Of a stretch of DNA of 64,000 bases, positions 12,501-26,499 are shown piece by piece. Source of the stretch: Lama glama (Eukaryota). The position numbers were made by a program, and so were the translations under genes. How positions within the stretch are numbered: position 1 is the stretch's first letter; the number at the start of each line of letters is the position of its first letter. The notes under the pieces were generated by a model. The model worked only from the letters and a program-made list of their open reading frames with translations. It made no database searches and was not told the DNA's origin. The stretch spans positions 68,450,001 to 68,514,000 of the forward strand of contig CM052816.1 of the NCBI GenBank assembly GCA_028534125.1, in the 5' to 3' direction.

Positions 12501-13253
12501 CTGGGTTAAATATGATGATTTCTAGGATCCCTTTGAACACTATAATTTTACAACCTTTTGTAACCAACTGACAAAATCAGAAAGAAATCTCTTCTCTAGG
12601 GAAGAGATTATGACGCAAAAGGAAAGAAAACCAACCTAAGCTTTAAAACAAGATATACTCTCCAAGCTTATATGTTTTACTTAAACCTATTCCTACTTTC
12701 CTTAGGCAATGTTCCACTAAGTAGGAGAATTTAGTAGAAATAAGGAGGAGAAAGAGAGGTGGTCTTTTTACCTAGTAAATTTTAAGTATGAGCTATTAAA
12801 AATCTCATTATAATGTACTATCTAGGATAGCTAAATTTTAGCATAAAATAGCACTTCTTTAATTTACTCAACCAATACTTAGTGAACCTATTATATGTAG
12901 AACACCCAACTAAAGGTGTTGTGTATGAAATAAAATTCTGGTTATTACATGGCTGATTACATATATACACTTCTCTCTCCTCTCCTGGGAAACTCCATAA
13001 AAATTATGGTAAAGGTAGAGGGAACCATAAAACCATACAGAACCATAAAACTAAACAAACGGTAGAAGAAATGGTAAGACATGGCAATAACAGAGGTCCA
13101 CCAATTTTTGGAATATGACAAATGAATCAAGGGGTAACTGAATTGGTAAAGATGAGAAAACTGAAATCTAACAAAAACCTAAAAGGGAGGCCACCAAGCA
13201 GCAACACCTAAGCCATGAATCACATGGTCAGGAGTTGAGACACCAGATGGATA

Positions 13254-13876
13254 CAACCCATCCTCATTATTCAGAGTCATATTTGAAAACTCATCTCTCT
13301 CTAAAATTTACTTCGTGTCCCCAAAATCAATGCTTGTGGTGAACTGTGGTCATTTGCAGACACGTATGATGGAGAAAACATTGAGTTGCCAGAATCACAC
13401 ATTCCCAGCTGAGGTTGAACAAGGTAACACTGCTCTCATACTGTACACAAGTGGCCTTTTTGTGGTCTGTTTATTGCATGGATTTCACATCTTTGCGCTT
13501 TTTGGTGGTGGTTTTGCTGTTTCTAAGGGCACCCAAGCATAGTGCTGAAGTGCTTTCCAGTCTTCTTAAGCAGATGGCCGTGACATGCCTGACAAAGAAC
13601 ATACATGTATTAGATAAGCTTGGTTCAGGCCTGAGTTAATAGTGCTGTTGGCTGTGACATTAAGGTCGATGCACCAACAATATATATTAAATAAGGAATA
13701 TTTAAATGGAAACATATAAAACAAGGTAATGTATTGATCAGTTGACAAAAATGTTGTGACCAGAAGCTCACAGAAACTCCACCTTGTATTTCCCCAAGGG
13801 AGAAGTGTTCAGTTTTCACTAATTCAGTGCTCACAGCGACTTTATAAAACCTAATTACCATAAGTAACATCCGTGC
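13254..13876 (+). mobile_element. MER82 (TcMar-Tigger) DNA transposon
   Basis: ttcccagctgaggttgaacaagg..agcatagtgctgaagtgct..ttagataagcttggttcaggc..aatgttgtgaccagaagctcacag match the recalled MER82 consensus. Confidence 0.8.
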
Positions 13877-14514
13877 AATCTAGGGAAGATTTGTATGAAC
13901 TAAAGGAGGAGGGCAACATGGACCCGCAGGGGCCACTAAAGCTATGAAGGGCTACAGTAGGCAGTGGCAGCAGGAAGGCAAGAGGTGGAGTAAATCTGAG
14001 TGCGGGGCTGAGAGCGCGGGACAGTATCAGATGGCACTGGCTAGAATGGGTAGTAAATACACTTGAAGAAAGTAACAGTGAGGTTGGAGAAGAGACGTGA
14101 TCCATGCACTGCAGCCTTTCAACTGGATTCCACAAACATAATTGTGTCAGGTCCTGTGCTTGAAACTGCGGAAACAAAGCTGAGGAAGGCAGAGGAAAAG
14201 TTCACAACTTAAGTGGGAACACAGACATATAAACAAGGTGCTGTAAACCTTCTCTCTCAGCAAGTGCGGTTAGAGGTGTGTATAAAGTGCTACAGGAAAT
14301 GGGAGCGAGGAGCCATTAATTCTGCCCTAAGGGAAGCAGATCCCAGAAAGTAACTAAGAGAAAGGGACATTTTAGCAGAACGTGTTATTGAAAGCAAATG
14401 TACAAAATTATAAAATCCCAAATATTCCTGGTAGAGACGTGTAAGAGCCAGACATTTACTGGCACCCAAGATGGGGCCTAAAGCCATGCTGGTAGCCCTC
14501 AACTACACCTCCTT

Positions 14515-14963
14515 CAGTGGGTCAAATGGCGGACCGTCGGAAGATAAGCCCACCTGAACTCAGGATATGACCTTATTTGGAATAAGGTTTGCAGATGTAG
14601 TTAAGGTCAGGATCTCTAGATGTGACCATCCTGGATTAGGGTGGGTCCTAAAGCCAGTGACCAATGTCTTTATAAGAGAGAACAGGAGCATAACGCACAG
14701 AGAGACACGGGAGGAAAGCTGTGTGACTATGGAAGCAGAAATCAGAGTGAGGCATCACAAGCCAAGGGACACCAGGGAAGCCAGGCCAGCAGAAGCTAGG
14801 AAAGAGGCATGGAACAGATTCTCCCTAGAGCCTGCAGACAGGACCAACCCTGTTGACAGCTTGCTTTTGGACTTTTGGCCTCCAGACTGACAAAACAGGT
14901 CTCTACTGTGGTTAGCCAGTAAGTTCGTGGTACTTTGTTACAATACCTCAGGAAAACGAATAC
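14515..14963 (+). mobile_element. MLT1C-like LTR
   Basis: gaccttatttggaataagg..gcagaagctaggaaagaggcatggaacagattctccctagagcct..ggacttttggcctccagact. Confidence 0.85.
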
Positions 14964-15505
14964 GCCTTTCTGCCTCAGGTAACATGTGATTCATAGGCCA
15001 GGCTTACTCATCACATTCTCTTAGGAATGTGGAACTGAGTCAGGGGGATGGTAGTGGGCAATGGGACTGTCAGCTCATGGGTGCTAGCAGCCATGTTTTA
15101 GATGGGCAAGAAAGAAAGGTCAAGAAGGCAGTGAGGAAAAGCAAAGACATAAGCAAAGGTGAGAGTCCATGTGACGACAGTTTGATAACCGACTTACCAG
15201 CTGCTTGTGTGGAATACATGAGTCCCTGATGTAGTCCCTGTCTGAGGATGTCCATAACATATCCTGTTATGTCACTGAAATAATCTGCTGCTGACTGAAG
15301 TTAGATCAAACCAGTTTTTGTTCCTTGCAACCAAATGAGTCCCAACTTAACAATGATGCTCGGGAGCAATTTAGTTTTAAGAAAATATAAGGAGGTGGAA
15401 ATAAAATCCTAATTTCTAAACTGATGAATAATTTCAAAGTGTAAACTGACCAGGAAAGAAAAGGTAACAGCTGGAAAATGTCAGTAAGAAAAAGGCTCTC
15501 TGCAG

Positions 15506-15845
15506 AATGAATGAAATAATGCCACTTGCAGCAATATGAATGGACCTAGAGATTATCATATTAAGTGAAGTAAGTCAGAGAAAGACAAATATCATATATT
15601 GCTTACATGTGGAATCTAAAAAAAGATATAAATTTTATTTTCAAACCAGAAATAGACTCACAGACATAGAAAACAAAACAAAGGGGAAAGGGCAGGGGAG
15701 GAATAAATTAGGAGTTTGAAATTAGTAGATACACAATACTGTATATAATAGATAAACAACTAGGACCTATTGTATAGCATAGGGAGTTATATTCAATTTC
15801 TTGTAATAAGCTATAATGGAAAAGAATCTGAAAAAAATATTTATA
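15506..15845 (+). mobile_element. L1 3'UTR fragment
   Basis: aatgaaataatgccacttgcagcaa..gacctagagattatcatattaagtgaagtaagtcag. Confidence 0.85.
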
Positions 15846-18800
15846 AATTGTTACCAAGAGTAGGTAATATGGAATCCTAATAAAAGTGTGATTTTACAAT
15901 AGAACAACAACAACAACAAAGTCTATCTGAATAAAGAGCAAATTTTCTTTGATAATGTAGCATGTTGATTGTTCTCGACCCCAGATTAGATATTCAAATC
16001 AGGGGAGAGGATGAAAAAGGAGAGATTATCAAATGGTCTGGAGATTCAACAAGCACAGCTCTCCAGACCACTGCCTCACATTCCTCCAACGGGTAGGCCT
16101 ATGGTCCTTGGTCCCTCTGCCTTGGATCAGGTCTCTGTATCTCCACGCCAGATTACTTGATTCCTTCCATCTCTAAACGTCTATTAGCATCTACTATGTG
16201 CTTGATTCTAAAATTTAAACATCAGTAAATAGCATTTACAATATTGATTATATAATCAGTAACCACAGCAGACTCAAATCATGTTACTCATGTATTAAAA
16301 AAAAAACAAAACAGAAATGTAATCGCAAGTCCCTCAAATTGTAATGCTAGATTGAGATTGTTTCAAAAATCAGAGTCGATTATCTTTTCCTAAATGCTAA
16401 CAATTCCTCAAAATTATGCCACATTTTCTTTCTTCCTATGTGGACGATGAATTTCTGGTATAACTCTTTATTTTTCCAAGATAATAGAAGTTTTTGTTTT
16501 CTATTATCTTGTTGACATGAGGAGTCTATACCTTTATCTAATACTAAAATCATTCAAATTCTTCATCACATATTTTGTTAAAGCAAATTCATCTTCTTTT
16601 TGAAGAGTTTCCTCAGAGCCAGCTGCAGTGACGTTTTGGCGCAGGAACGCGGATGCAGTGAAGAATACACGGGAAGTGAGGAAGCAGCATGACTCTTGAA
16701 GGAAGTTTAACTTGGAAATGAAAGCTGCAAAAAAGGATACATTGGTGGGATGCAGAGTAGAGGGAATGTATCTGTGTATTTGTCCACTCAGAATTAAGAG
16801 TGGGCTTGAAGGTAGATAGGAGTGTAGACTGGAGCTCTTCCCACCTGAGGGCCCCACTTAAATAGGAGAAATGGCCATCTGCTAAGAGAAAGGATCTAAG
16901 GACAGTGGTAACATCTGGAACAGCAAACGAAAAGAACATATGGAGACCAGATTCCTCTGAGGACAAGGATAGCTGAGTGGCATCCAGGATCCTACCCGAC
17001 TGAGAAATGAAACATTCTTATTCTCAGATGCTCACTGCTGAAAAATAGCCTCCAATTTCTATGGCACTCATCTGAAAACTTTGGCTCTTTGATATTATTT
17101 CAAAAGACAAGTACTATCATGTAAATCAAAGAATGTTTTCCTGGAACCACTCAAAAAGAGGTTATAAATCTGTTACCACCTCTTTTAAACTCCTGACTCC
17201 CTCTTTTTGCTGCTTTAATAATAATAGCTGGAGGCAATTATATAACAATCTGCAAATTAATTAATAATCATACTCCTATTAACACTTTAAGAATCACTGG
17301 CAGCCTTTCTCATTTGGGTTCCTCATCCACACCACAAAACAAAAAATAATTTAAATGACTATTCCATTCTACAAAGAATGGAATATAATTAGTGCCAATC
17401 CAGATGTATAGAAGAGAAGATCATTCATATCATTTACAATATTATATACAGTGTGCTTTTGGGGCATTAGGCTGAATTCTCTCACAGAACTCCTGCTGAG
17501 AAAGGCAAGTTGAGGTAGATATCCAAAAGGATAGTTGGAATGACTAAATTTTGAGCAATTACAATATCCTTGAAATACATCTGTAGTCTTGTAAAAGAAT
17601 AACACTCCTTTAGAATTATAAATTCTGGCTTATTTTCAAAAAGTTAAATTTCTAAATTATTATAGTTATGCCTTCTATAATTCTTACTCCTAAATAAATC
17701 TGTACCTGCAAGAAGGAATGATTTCATTTCCAAGACTTGGGATCTTAATAGGCTAATCGAGAAATGTGCTTGTGGTTCCACTAATTCAAAATTCTACTCC
17801 TGCAGTCCCACTAACTGCAAAAGAAAAACTGCTGTTAAACTCCAAAATCACTGTGCAAACAATCCCACTTTCATTGGAACAATGATGCGAATGAGGCATT
17901 TTAAAGTGGGTTTCTGAAATTTACCCTCCTGAAATGTAGAAGAGTCAAATAACAACTTTCCAAGCAAACTCTCGTAAGTAGACTCCCTTACATTATCGTG
18001 CCAAACACTAATGCAGTATCATGCTTTCTGGGAAACTCCACAAATCTTTCAAGCATTCACCTCATTAATTAATCCTCAAAAATGTCTTTTAAGACCCATG
18101 GATTGAAAACATTTGCATTTTCACAAAACTAAGCATCTCCCACAAATACAAAATGTTTTTTCCACATTATTATAACTAAAAAAAAAAAGTATCATGGGGA
18201 ACAGATGTACTCATTTCTTCTTTCATCGTTTTATTATCAGCTGAGAACCAGTCACTTTATTCCATAATGTTTTTCGAAGTATGGTCCATGGATCAGCCAT
18301 GTGAGCATTAACTAGGAGCTTTTTTAGGAGTGCAGATTCTCAGGCTTTCTTGGACCTGCATCTCAATATGAGTTCTCTGCCCAGTCCTGCTTCCTACCCC
18401 TCCCTTTCACAGGCATTGATAAATATGCTATGCCACAAAGTCAAGTAACCACAGTAAAGTCCCACAGTACAAGAGAAAACCTGTCATGTGTTTGTGCAGC
18501 TCAGCATTTGGCAGTATGTTAGACACTCCATAAATATTTATCAAATGAATGAATGAATGAAGAGTCTGTGTCTTGCAAACTCACAGCAATCTTTCATATC
18601 CAAACTAATATATCTTCTATACTCGTGTTTCTCAACTTTTAAAAATCCACTCTCACACTTGCTAAACATAAAAAATCCCCACATTAATGGCCTACCAGAA
18701 CAGGTGTACCTATTTCCAGGTGTTATACTCCTTACCTGAGTCTCTACACATGATGACTAGCATCTGAGAAAAACTTGTCAAGAGATAGATGAATAAAACC

Positions 18801-19469
18801 CAAAGATAATTTAGATAGTGAACTATCAAACAGGAACTTTAAAATAACAGCTGTATTAATAGCCTGGTGAAATAATGTTTAAACGGTGTCTAAGAAGATT
18901 TTCTCTTTATACCTTGTCCCATAGAATAATTTTGAGATGTTAATGTTCCACTCTCTTATTTTCCCTCCTTCTTCATTACAAGCAAGACACCAGGATCCTT
19001 GTTATTTCTTTGACTCAGGTGTGAGAAAAGAAATGTCTGGAAATGTCCACTTAAACTCAATGACTCTTCCAGTCTTTAGGGAGAGCCCAGATTAATGGGA
19101 GAGGCACCTCAAAGAAAGAAGAGGGGAAATCTAGAAAGGAAGCAGAGACTAAGAAAACCTCCACACAGCCCCACACTGGGGAGAGCTCAGGGATTTGAAG
19201 ATTTCAAAAGATTTATCTGAAGGGCTTCCCCAGGGCTTCTGTGGTGCTTATGACCTTAGAACCTCAGCACAAGTCTGAGTTCACGTGTTGTGATGAGGGT
19301 GATCCCCAACAGTACCAGAGATCAGATTTCCTGACCATTCCAACAGTGACAGAGTGTAACTAGACAGATTGTAATCATTTTGTAATGTACATAAATGTTG
19401 AATCATTATGTTGTACACCTGAAACTAATGTTTTGTGTCAGTTACACTTCAACTAAACACAGTATTTTT

Positions 19470-20033
19470 AAATGTCTCCCAATGATCTTGTCTTTTGTTA
19501 TTGATGCCCTGTGTAATGCACTCTTGAGGGTAGGTTGGAACCAATGACTAACTTCTAATTAACAGAACACGGCAAAAGTGATGGGATGTCACTTCTGAGA
19601 TCAGGTAATAAAATTTTGACGTCTGTCTTTCTCATATTCTTTCCTGCCCTGTTGCTTGCTCACTCTGATGATACCAGAGGCCACACTGTAAACTGTGCTA
19701 TGGAGACGCACATGTGGCAAGGAACTCACAGGGCAGCCTTTGGTAACAGCTGGTAAGAAACTGAAATCTCAAGTCCAGCCACCTGAGAGGAACTAAATCT
19801 TTCCAACCACCACCTGAGCGAGCTTGGAAGCAGATCTTTACCTAGTAATAAAGTCCTGAGGTGATCATCCCAGCCAACACCTTGATTGCAGCTTTGTCAG
19901 GGACCCAGAACCAGAGGACCCAGCTAAGCCATGCCCAGATCCCTAAGCCACAGAAATGGTGAAATGATAAATGGTTTTTTTAGGCCACTTAGTTTGGGGG
20001 TAATTTATTATGCAGTAGCAGATAACTAAAACA
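19470..20033 (+). mobile_element. MLT1E/F-like LTR
   Basis: ggcaaaagtgatgggatgtcacttctgagat..gcttggaagcagatc..gcagtagcagataactaaaaca. Confidence 0.75.
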
Positions 20034-21161
20034 GATTTCAAGAGAGAAGGTAGAAAAGAGAATGTGCTAATATACATTTATCTATAGGTGATATTTCTAT
20101 AGAAAGGAAATCTAGCCAGTGGTTCTTAAGTAGAGTGCACATCAGAATAACTCAGGGCTAAGGGGAGTGTCAGAAGAGGGAAATAAAAGGAAAAGGTAGA
20201 GTGGAGTAATAAAGAATAAATAAGAAATAGTCCATTTTGTTCCAATGAGATTCCACTGCCTGAGCCTCTGGTTCAGTCCACAGCCAGGGAGGTTGTCAGG
20301 GCTAGTGTCCCAAGATTTGATCTTGTTACAAAAGGGCTTTGGCTCACATTTCTTCTGCAGTCCTTCAAGATCCTTTGGTTTCCTGCTATTTGCCACTTAA
20401 ATTTGGTTTCCAAATTACTCTGAAGATAAATGAAAGTGAAGAGGGACACCATTGTGGAATCAGAATCTTATCCTCAGTCCTTTTTCCTGGACAGGCTTAG
20501 CAGTCAGATTTTGGGAAATGGCTCCAGTTGGATCCTTAGAACATTCCATGGTTTAATTAATTTGTTCTACCCTGGTAGAGCTTATAAAACAGCTGATAAC
20601 ACAGAGTACAGTGAAATGTCCCTTTCATACGTGTAGTCTCTTCAAAACTCCCTGCAATTAGGCCCATGAGCCAGCCAAACAGGTAAAGTCTCATTTCAGT
20701 CATATCATGTTTCCCAAAACTATTAAGCAAGATCTTAAGTCATTCCCAGAAAGGCATGGCATGCCTAGAGGTTCTAACAATCCCTAGAAAACACCAGTAA
20801 GGGGGAAAAAAGAGAAGGAAGGGAGGGAAGGAGGAAAGGAGGAGAAAGAAGAAAAGAAAAAGAAAAGAACCCTTTCTCTTCTCAGGTGGCCGAGAAATAA
20901 TTTACTTAGCCATAAAAATAATTTACGAAGCTCTCATAATTAAATATGGGGTAACAATCATTAAAGAAAAATTAGACAGTGGCCTCCCTGCTTCAGAACA
21001 TACTGTACACCTCAATCTGTCTCACCATAACATGTTAGAAAGGTCTGAAACAGCTAAGCCAAAGACATAAACAGCCAAAGTCAAGATCTTACATAAGCAA
21101 TGTTTATGAAGACTAGTAAGATAATATATCTCACCAAACTTAAGACATTTTTATTCTATAC

Positions 21162-24100
21162 TTTTTAATTGAAGTATAGTTGATTTAAAATATATTATTT
21201 TCAGGCATACAACATAGTGATTCAATATTTTTATAGATTATACTCCATTTAAAGTTATTATAAAGTATTGGCTATGTTCCCTGTGCCATACAGTATATCT
21301 TTGTAGCTTAATTTATTCATAGTAGCTTATACCTCCTAATTCCCTACCCCTATCTTTTCCCTCCCCCATTTCCCTCTCCCCATGGTAGCCACTAGTTTGT
21401 TCTCTGTAACTGAGAGCCTATTTCTATTTTGCTATATTCACTCATTTATTTTTTAGATTCCACATTAAAGTGATAACACAGTATTTGTCTTTCTCTGTCT
21501 CATTTATTTCACTAAGCATAATATCCTCCAGGTCCATGCATTTTGTTGCAAATGGCAAATTTTGTTTTTTATAGCTAACATGATATATACACATACGTGT
21601 GTGTGTGTGTCTCCTACATCTTCTTTATCCATTTATCTGTTAATGAACACTTAGATTGCTTCCATATCTTGGCTATTGCAAATAATGCTGCTTTAAACAC
21701 TGGAGTACATGTATCTTTTCAAATTAGTGTTTTTGTTTTCATCAGATATATACCCAGGAGTAGAACTGATGGATTGTATGGTATTTCTAGTTTTTAGTTT
21801 TTTGAGAAAACTCTGTACTGTTTTCCATAGGGCTTACACCAATTTACATTCCCACCAATAGCAATATAAGGGTTACCTTTTCTCCACATCCTCACCAACA
21901 TTTGTTACTTGTAGACTTTTAAACGATAGCTATTTGACAGGTGTGAGATGATACCTCATTGTGGTTTTGATTGGCATTTCCCTGATGATCAGCAATATTG
22001 AGCATCTTTTCATGTGCCTGTTGGCCATCTGTATATCTTCTTTGGAAAAATGTCTATTCAGGTCTTCTGCTTATTTTGTAATCTGGCTGTTAGTTTTCTT
22101 TGATACTGACTTGTATGAGCTGTTTATATATTTTGGATATTAACACCTTATCAGTCATATTTGTAAAAATTTTCTCCCATCCAGTAGGTTGTCTTCTCAT
22201 TTTTTCAATTCCTTTGCTGTGTAAAGCTTTTAAGTTTAGTAAGGTCTCATTTGTTTATTTTTGCTTGTTTCCTTTGCCTTAAGAGGCAGGTCAAAAATAT
22301 ATATATATTTCTATGATTTCGTTAAAGAGTGTTCTGCCTAAGTTTTCTTCTTCATGGTTTCTGGTCTTACAATCAGGTAATCCATTTTGAATTTATTTTT
22401 GTATAGGATGTGAGAAAATTTTTAATTTCATTCTTTTTCATGTAGCTGTCCAGTTTTTCCAACACTCCTTATTGAAGAAATTGTCTTTTTCCCATTGTGT
22501 ATTCTTGCCTTGTCATAGACTAAATGAACATAAATGTGTATTTCTGGGCTCTCTATTCTGTTCCATTGAACTATATGTCTATTTTTCTGCCAGTGCCATA
22601 CTGTTTTGATTACTGTCACTTTGCAGTACAGTCTGAAGTCAGGGACCATAATACCTCCAGCTTTGTTCTTTTTTCTCAAGATTGCTTTGAATATTCAGGA
22701 TCTTTTGTGGTTTCATATAAATTTTAGTATTATTTGTTCTAGTTCTCTGAAAAATGTCCTGAGTATTTTGACAGGGAATGCATTAAGTCTGTAGATTGCA
22801 TTGGGTGGCATGGAAAGTTTAACAAAATTCTTCCATTTTATGAACATGGGATACCTTTCCATTTCTTTGTATCATTTTTAATTTCCTTCATCAGTGTCTT
22901 ACAGTTTTCAGAGTATAGGACTGTCACCTCCTTGGTTAAGTTTGTTCCTAGATATTTTATTCTTTTTTTTTTATGTAATTTTAAACAGAATTGTTTTCTT
23001 GCTTTTTCTCTCTGAAATCTCATTATTAGTGGTTAGAAAAACAACAGATTTCTATATAGCAATCTTGTATCCTGCAACTTTAGTGAATTCATTTATTAGC
23101 TCTAACAGTTTTTTGGTGCAGAATTTAATACATATAGTATTATGTCATCTGCAAATAGCAACAGTTTTACTTCTTCCCTTCCAATTTGGATGCCTTTTAT
23201 TTCTATTGTTGATTGCTGTGGCTAGGACATCCAACACTATATTAAATCAAAGTGGTGAAAGTGGACCTCCTTGTCTTGTTCCTGATTTTAGAGGAAAAGC
23301 TTTCAGTTTTTCACTGTTGACTATGTTAGCTGTGAGTTTGTCATAAATGACCTATATTATGTTGAGGTATGTTCCTACTATACCAACTTTGATAAGAGTT
23401 TTTATCATGAATGGATGTTGAATTTTGACAAATGTGTTTGTTGCATCTATTGAGATGATCATGTGATTTTTATCCTCCCTTTTCTTAATGTGGTATATCA
23501 CATTGATTGATTTACAAATACTGAGCCATCCTTGCATCCCTGGAATAAATCCCACTTGATCATAGTGTATGATCCTTTTCATATATTGTTGATTTTGGTT
23601 TGCTAACATTTTGTTGAGGATTTTGTATCTATGTTTATCAGAAATATTGGCTTGTTAATTTCTTCTTTTGTAAAGGGTTTCATCTGGTTTTGGTATCAGG
23701 ATAATGGTTGCCTCATAGAATCAATTTGGGAGTGTTCCCTTATCTTCAATTTTTTGTAATAGTTTGAGAAAGATAGGTATTAACTCTTCTTTATATGTTT
23801 CCCCGTTGGGCCAGGTCTTTTGTTTGCTGGGAGGTTTTTTAAATTACAAATTCAATTGCATTACTAGTGATTGGTCTGTTCAGATTGTCTATTTCTTCCT
23901 GACTCAGTCCTAGAAGACTGTATGTTTCTAGAAATTTGTCCATTTCTTCTAGGTTGTCCAATTTGTTGGCATATAACTTCACAGTATTCTCTTTAGATTT
24001 TTTGTAGCTCTGAGATATCAGTTGTTATTTCTCCTCTTTCATTTCTTATTTTATTGTGGTTCTCTTTTTTCTTCATGAGCCTGGCTAATGGCTTATCAAT

Positions 24101-24335
24101 TTTATTCTTTTCAAAAAACAGCTCTTGGTTTCACTGATCTTTTCTCTTTTTTTTTCTGGTTTCTATTTTATTTCATCTGATCTTTACTGTTTCCTTCCTT
24201 TTGCTGACTTTGGGCTTTGTCTGTTCTTTTTCTAATTCCTTTAGTTGGCAGGTTAGGTTGTTTGAGATTTTTTTATTTCCTGAGGTAGGCCTATATTGCT
24301 ATATACTTCTTTTTGAACTGCTTTTGCTGTATCCT
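21162..24335 (-). mobile_element. L1 (about 3.2 kb; degenerate ORF2 RT to 3'UTR)
   Basis: Minus ORFs [24 protein letters not shown] and [16 protein letters not shown]-rich tail at the left end; frameshifted. Confidence 0.95.
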
Positions 24336-24470
24336 ATGAAAATGAATATATGTATGTTCATGTATGACTGAAGCATTATGCTGTACACCAGCAATTGACA
24401 TAACATTGTAAACTGTCCATACTTCAATTAAAAAATATATATATATATACACACACACATCAAAAAAAGA
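24336..24470 (+). mobile_element. Short L1 3' end, opposite orientation
   Basis: tatgttcatgtatgactgaagcattatgctgtacaccag..acttcaattaaaaaa. Confidence 0.75.
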
Positions 24471-24727
24471 ATATAGAGTCCTTTTATTCACATTGAGGAA
24501 CATTTTGCAGGTTAGTTTTTTTGTAAATTACATGTGTATGCCCCTATAGCTTCCCTCCAGCTATACAATTAAATTAGCTTATTTATTAAGCCTCACTTTC
24601 AACTCTAACTTTAAAACAGGTTTGGTAATATTTTAAAACCACAAATACTTCTTGAGCACTTTCTCAGTGCCAAGAAAAAGTCCCTGCCTTCCCAGAGTTT
24701 ACAGTTTAAACTTAGTCTAGACTTCAG

Positions 24728-25155
24728 AGTTGCAATGTTGCTATGTTTGCCATACCCACTAGCCACATAGGTCTACTGAGTACCTGAAACACGGCTAGTA
24801 CACCTGAGAAATTGAATTTTTAATTTTATTTTAATCTAAATTTAAGTTTATAAACTGAGACTTGATTCATCTTGGAAAACTTCTATGTTTGGAACAATCT
24901 GAGTATATGAATCTATACTGGGTAAGTGAAACAATGTTGTAATAGGTATATTTTATAAAATCTAAATACTCATCAACTATTTCTAATGAAAACAGGATTC
25001 AGATTGAAATATAAGGTTAGTGTAAAATATGTACCGGATTTCAAAGATTAAGTACAAAAATGTAAGATACATCAATTTTTATATTAATATTGAAATATTT
25101 GAGATAGGCTGATCACATATGTGGCTCACATATTTTTATCAGACATCACTGCTCT
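24728..25155. mobile_element. MER33/Charlie-type hAT DNA transposon remnant
   Basis: ccactagccacataggtctactgagtacctgaaa..atatgtggctcacat motifs. Confidence 0.6.
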
Positions 25156-26499
25156 AGAGCAATGATTTGCCTATGAAAGGCTTAAATCTAGGGCTTCTTA
25201 AGAAGCTCTACTGCACCTCAGCTCATGCTCACTTTCTTTCCGTTCCCTTCTTTCTTCCCTTGCTTTCTTCTCCCTCTCCTCCCTCTAACAATGATGTGCA
25301 CTGGACTCATGAGCTAGAAAGATTGCTCACCCAGGGTTTAAATGATTCAAGGAAATCTTTCTCTTATTCATTGAGGGTTTTAATTCCAAAAGAACAGTGA
25401 AATGACTGCAACTCCAATGTATTAAGAGTCTTAATAGCTCAAGGGAAAGGTGTCAAAGAAACAACTATGCACTTCCCCATGGACAGTCTTAGAAGTGGTT
25501 TTCTAGTAAATCACTAAAAACTAAATACTTTTTTAAAGTTTTAATATCACGAAGTCCTGAAATATTAATGAAAGATAAAGTAATTTTACTACCTTTTCTA
25601 AATTACATTTCATAAATGTAAGATATTAGATAAATAAAATTATAACGGAGAAGAGCTTTCACCAAAGCATTTTAAGCCATCACAGAATGGATGTATTAAG
25701 TTATCATTATCTTTTATGGCCACTCCTATAACATAAGCAGGCCGCAGAAAACAGAGAATGGGAAGTGTCTTATTTCAGATCCTCTTAGCAGTTACACAGA
25801 TTACTTGCTATTTAAAGCACATCAAGAATTTAGTCTCTGTCCTGACTCAGTTTAGTACAGAAATCCATTGACTGCTCCTAAGAACATTCCATCTCATCAG
25901 TATTGGCAAAGACTTGATTCCCAGCTTCCTGGGCACACAGGTAAAGCTACTTTTCCTAATCTCCCTTACAATTAGATGTCACTAAGTACTCAAAAGTAAA
26001 ATGTGAGAAGAGATTTAGATGCCATTTCTTTGCCTGATCCATAACAATCTTCCATTTATCCACCTTCTCCCTCTCCTGCCCCTACTCTTCCCCCTTTTCC
26101 TGGTTTGATAAAGACAAGCATAAAGACCTTGGAAGCCATGAATCAAAGACTGCAGAGCTACCTAATGGAAGAAGCCTGGAGTTCTAAATAACTATTTGAG
26201 AGGCCACCTACCTTGCAGAAACACCCTCCTTGGACAGTCAGGTGAGCAAAAATCTACTCCTACCTTGCTAATCCACTGAGGTTTTGAGGGGTTGTAACAG
26301 CATCTAGTAATCATCCTAATAGATATAATCAGTTACTCAAAAAACTAAGGATAAACCATTTCACAACTCTTGGTGTCACTACTGAGCAGCAAGATAGCAT
26401 CGAATCCACTGATTGCATCTTTTCTCAACCCCCTTTTATCACTCCCAGGTGTATTGTTTGCAAGATTTTGACTCAGTAGACATGTAAACTGGTGAAGAA

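Noticed and set aside
21597..23609. Cluster of ORFs on both strands
   Set aside because: Broken L1 ORF2 fragments and their antisense frames; no intact ORF2
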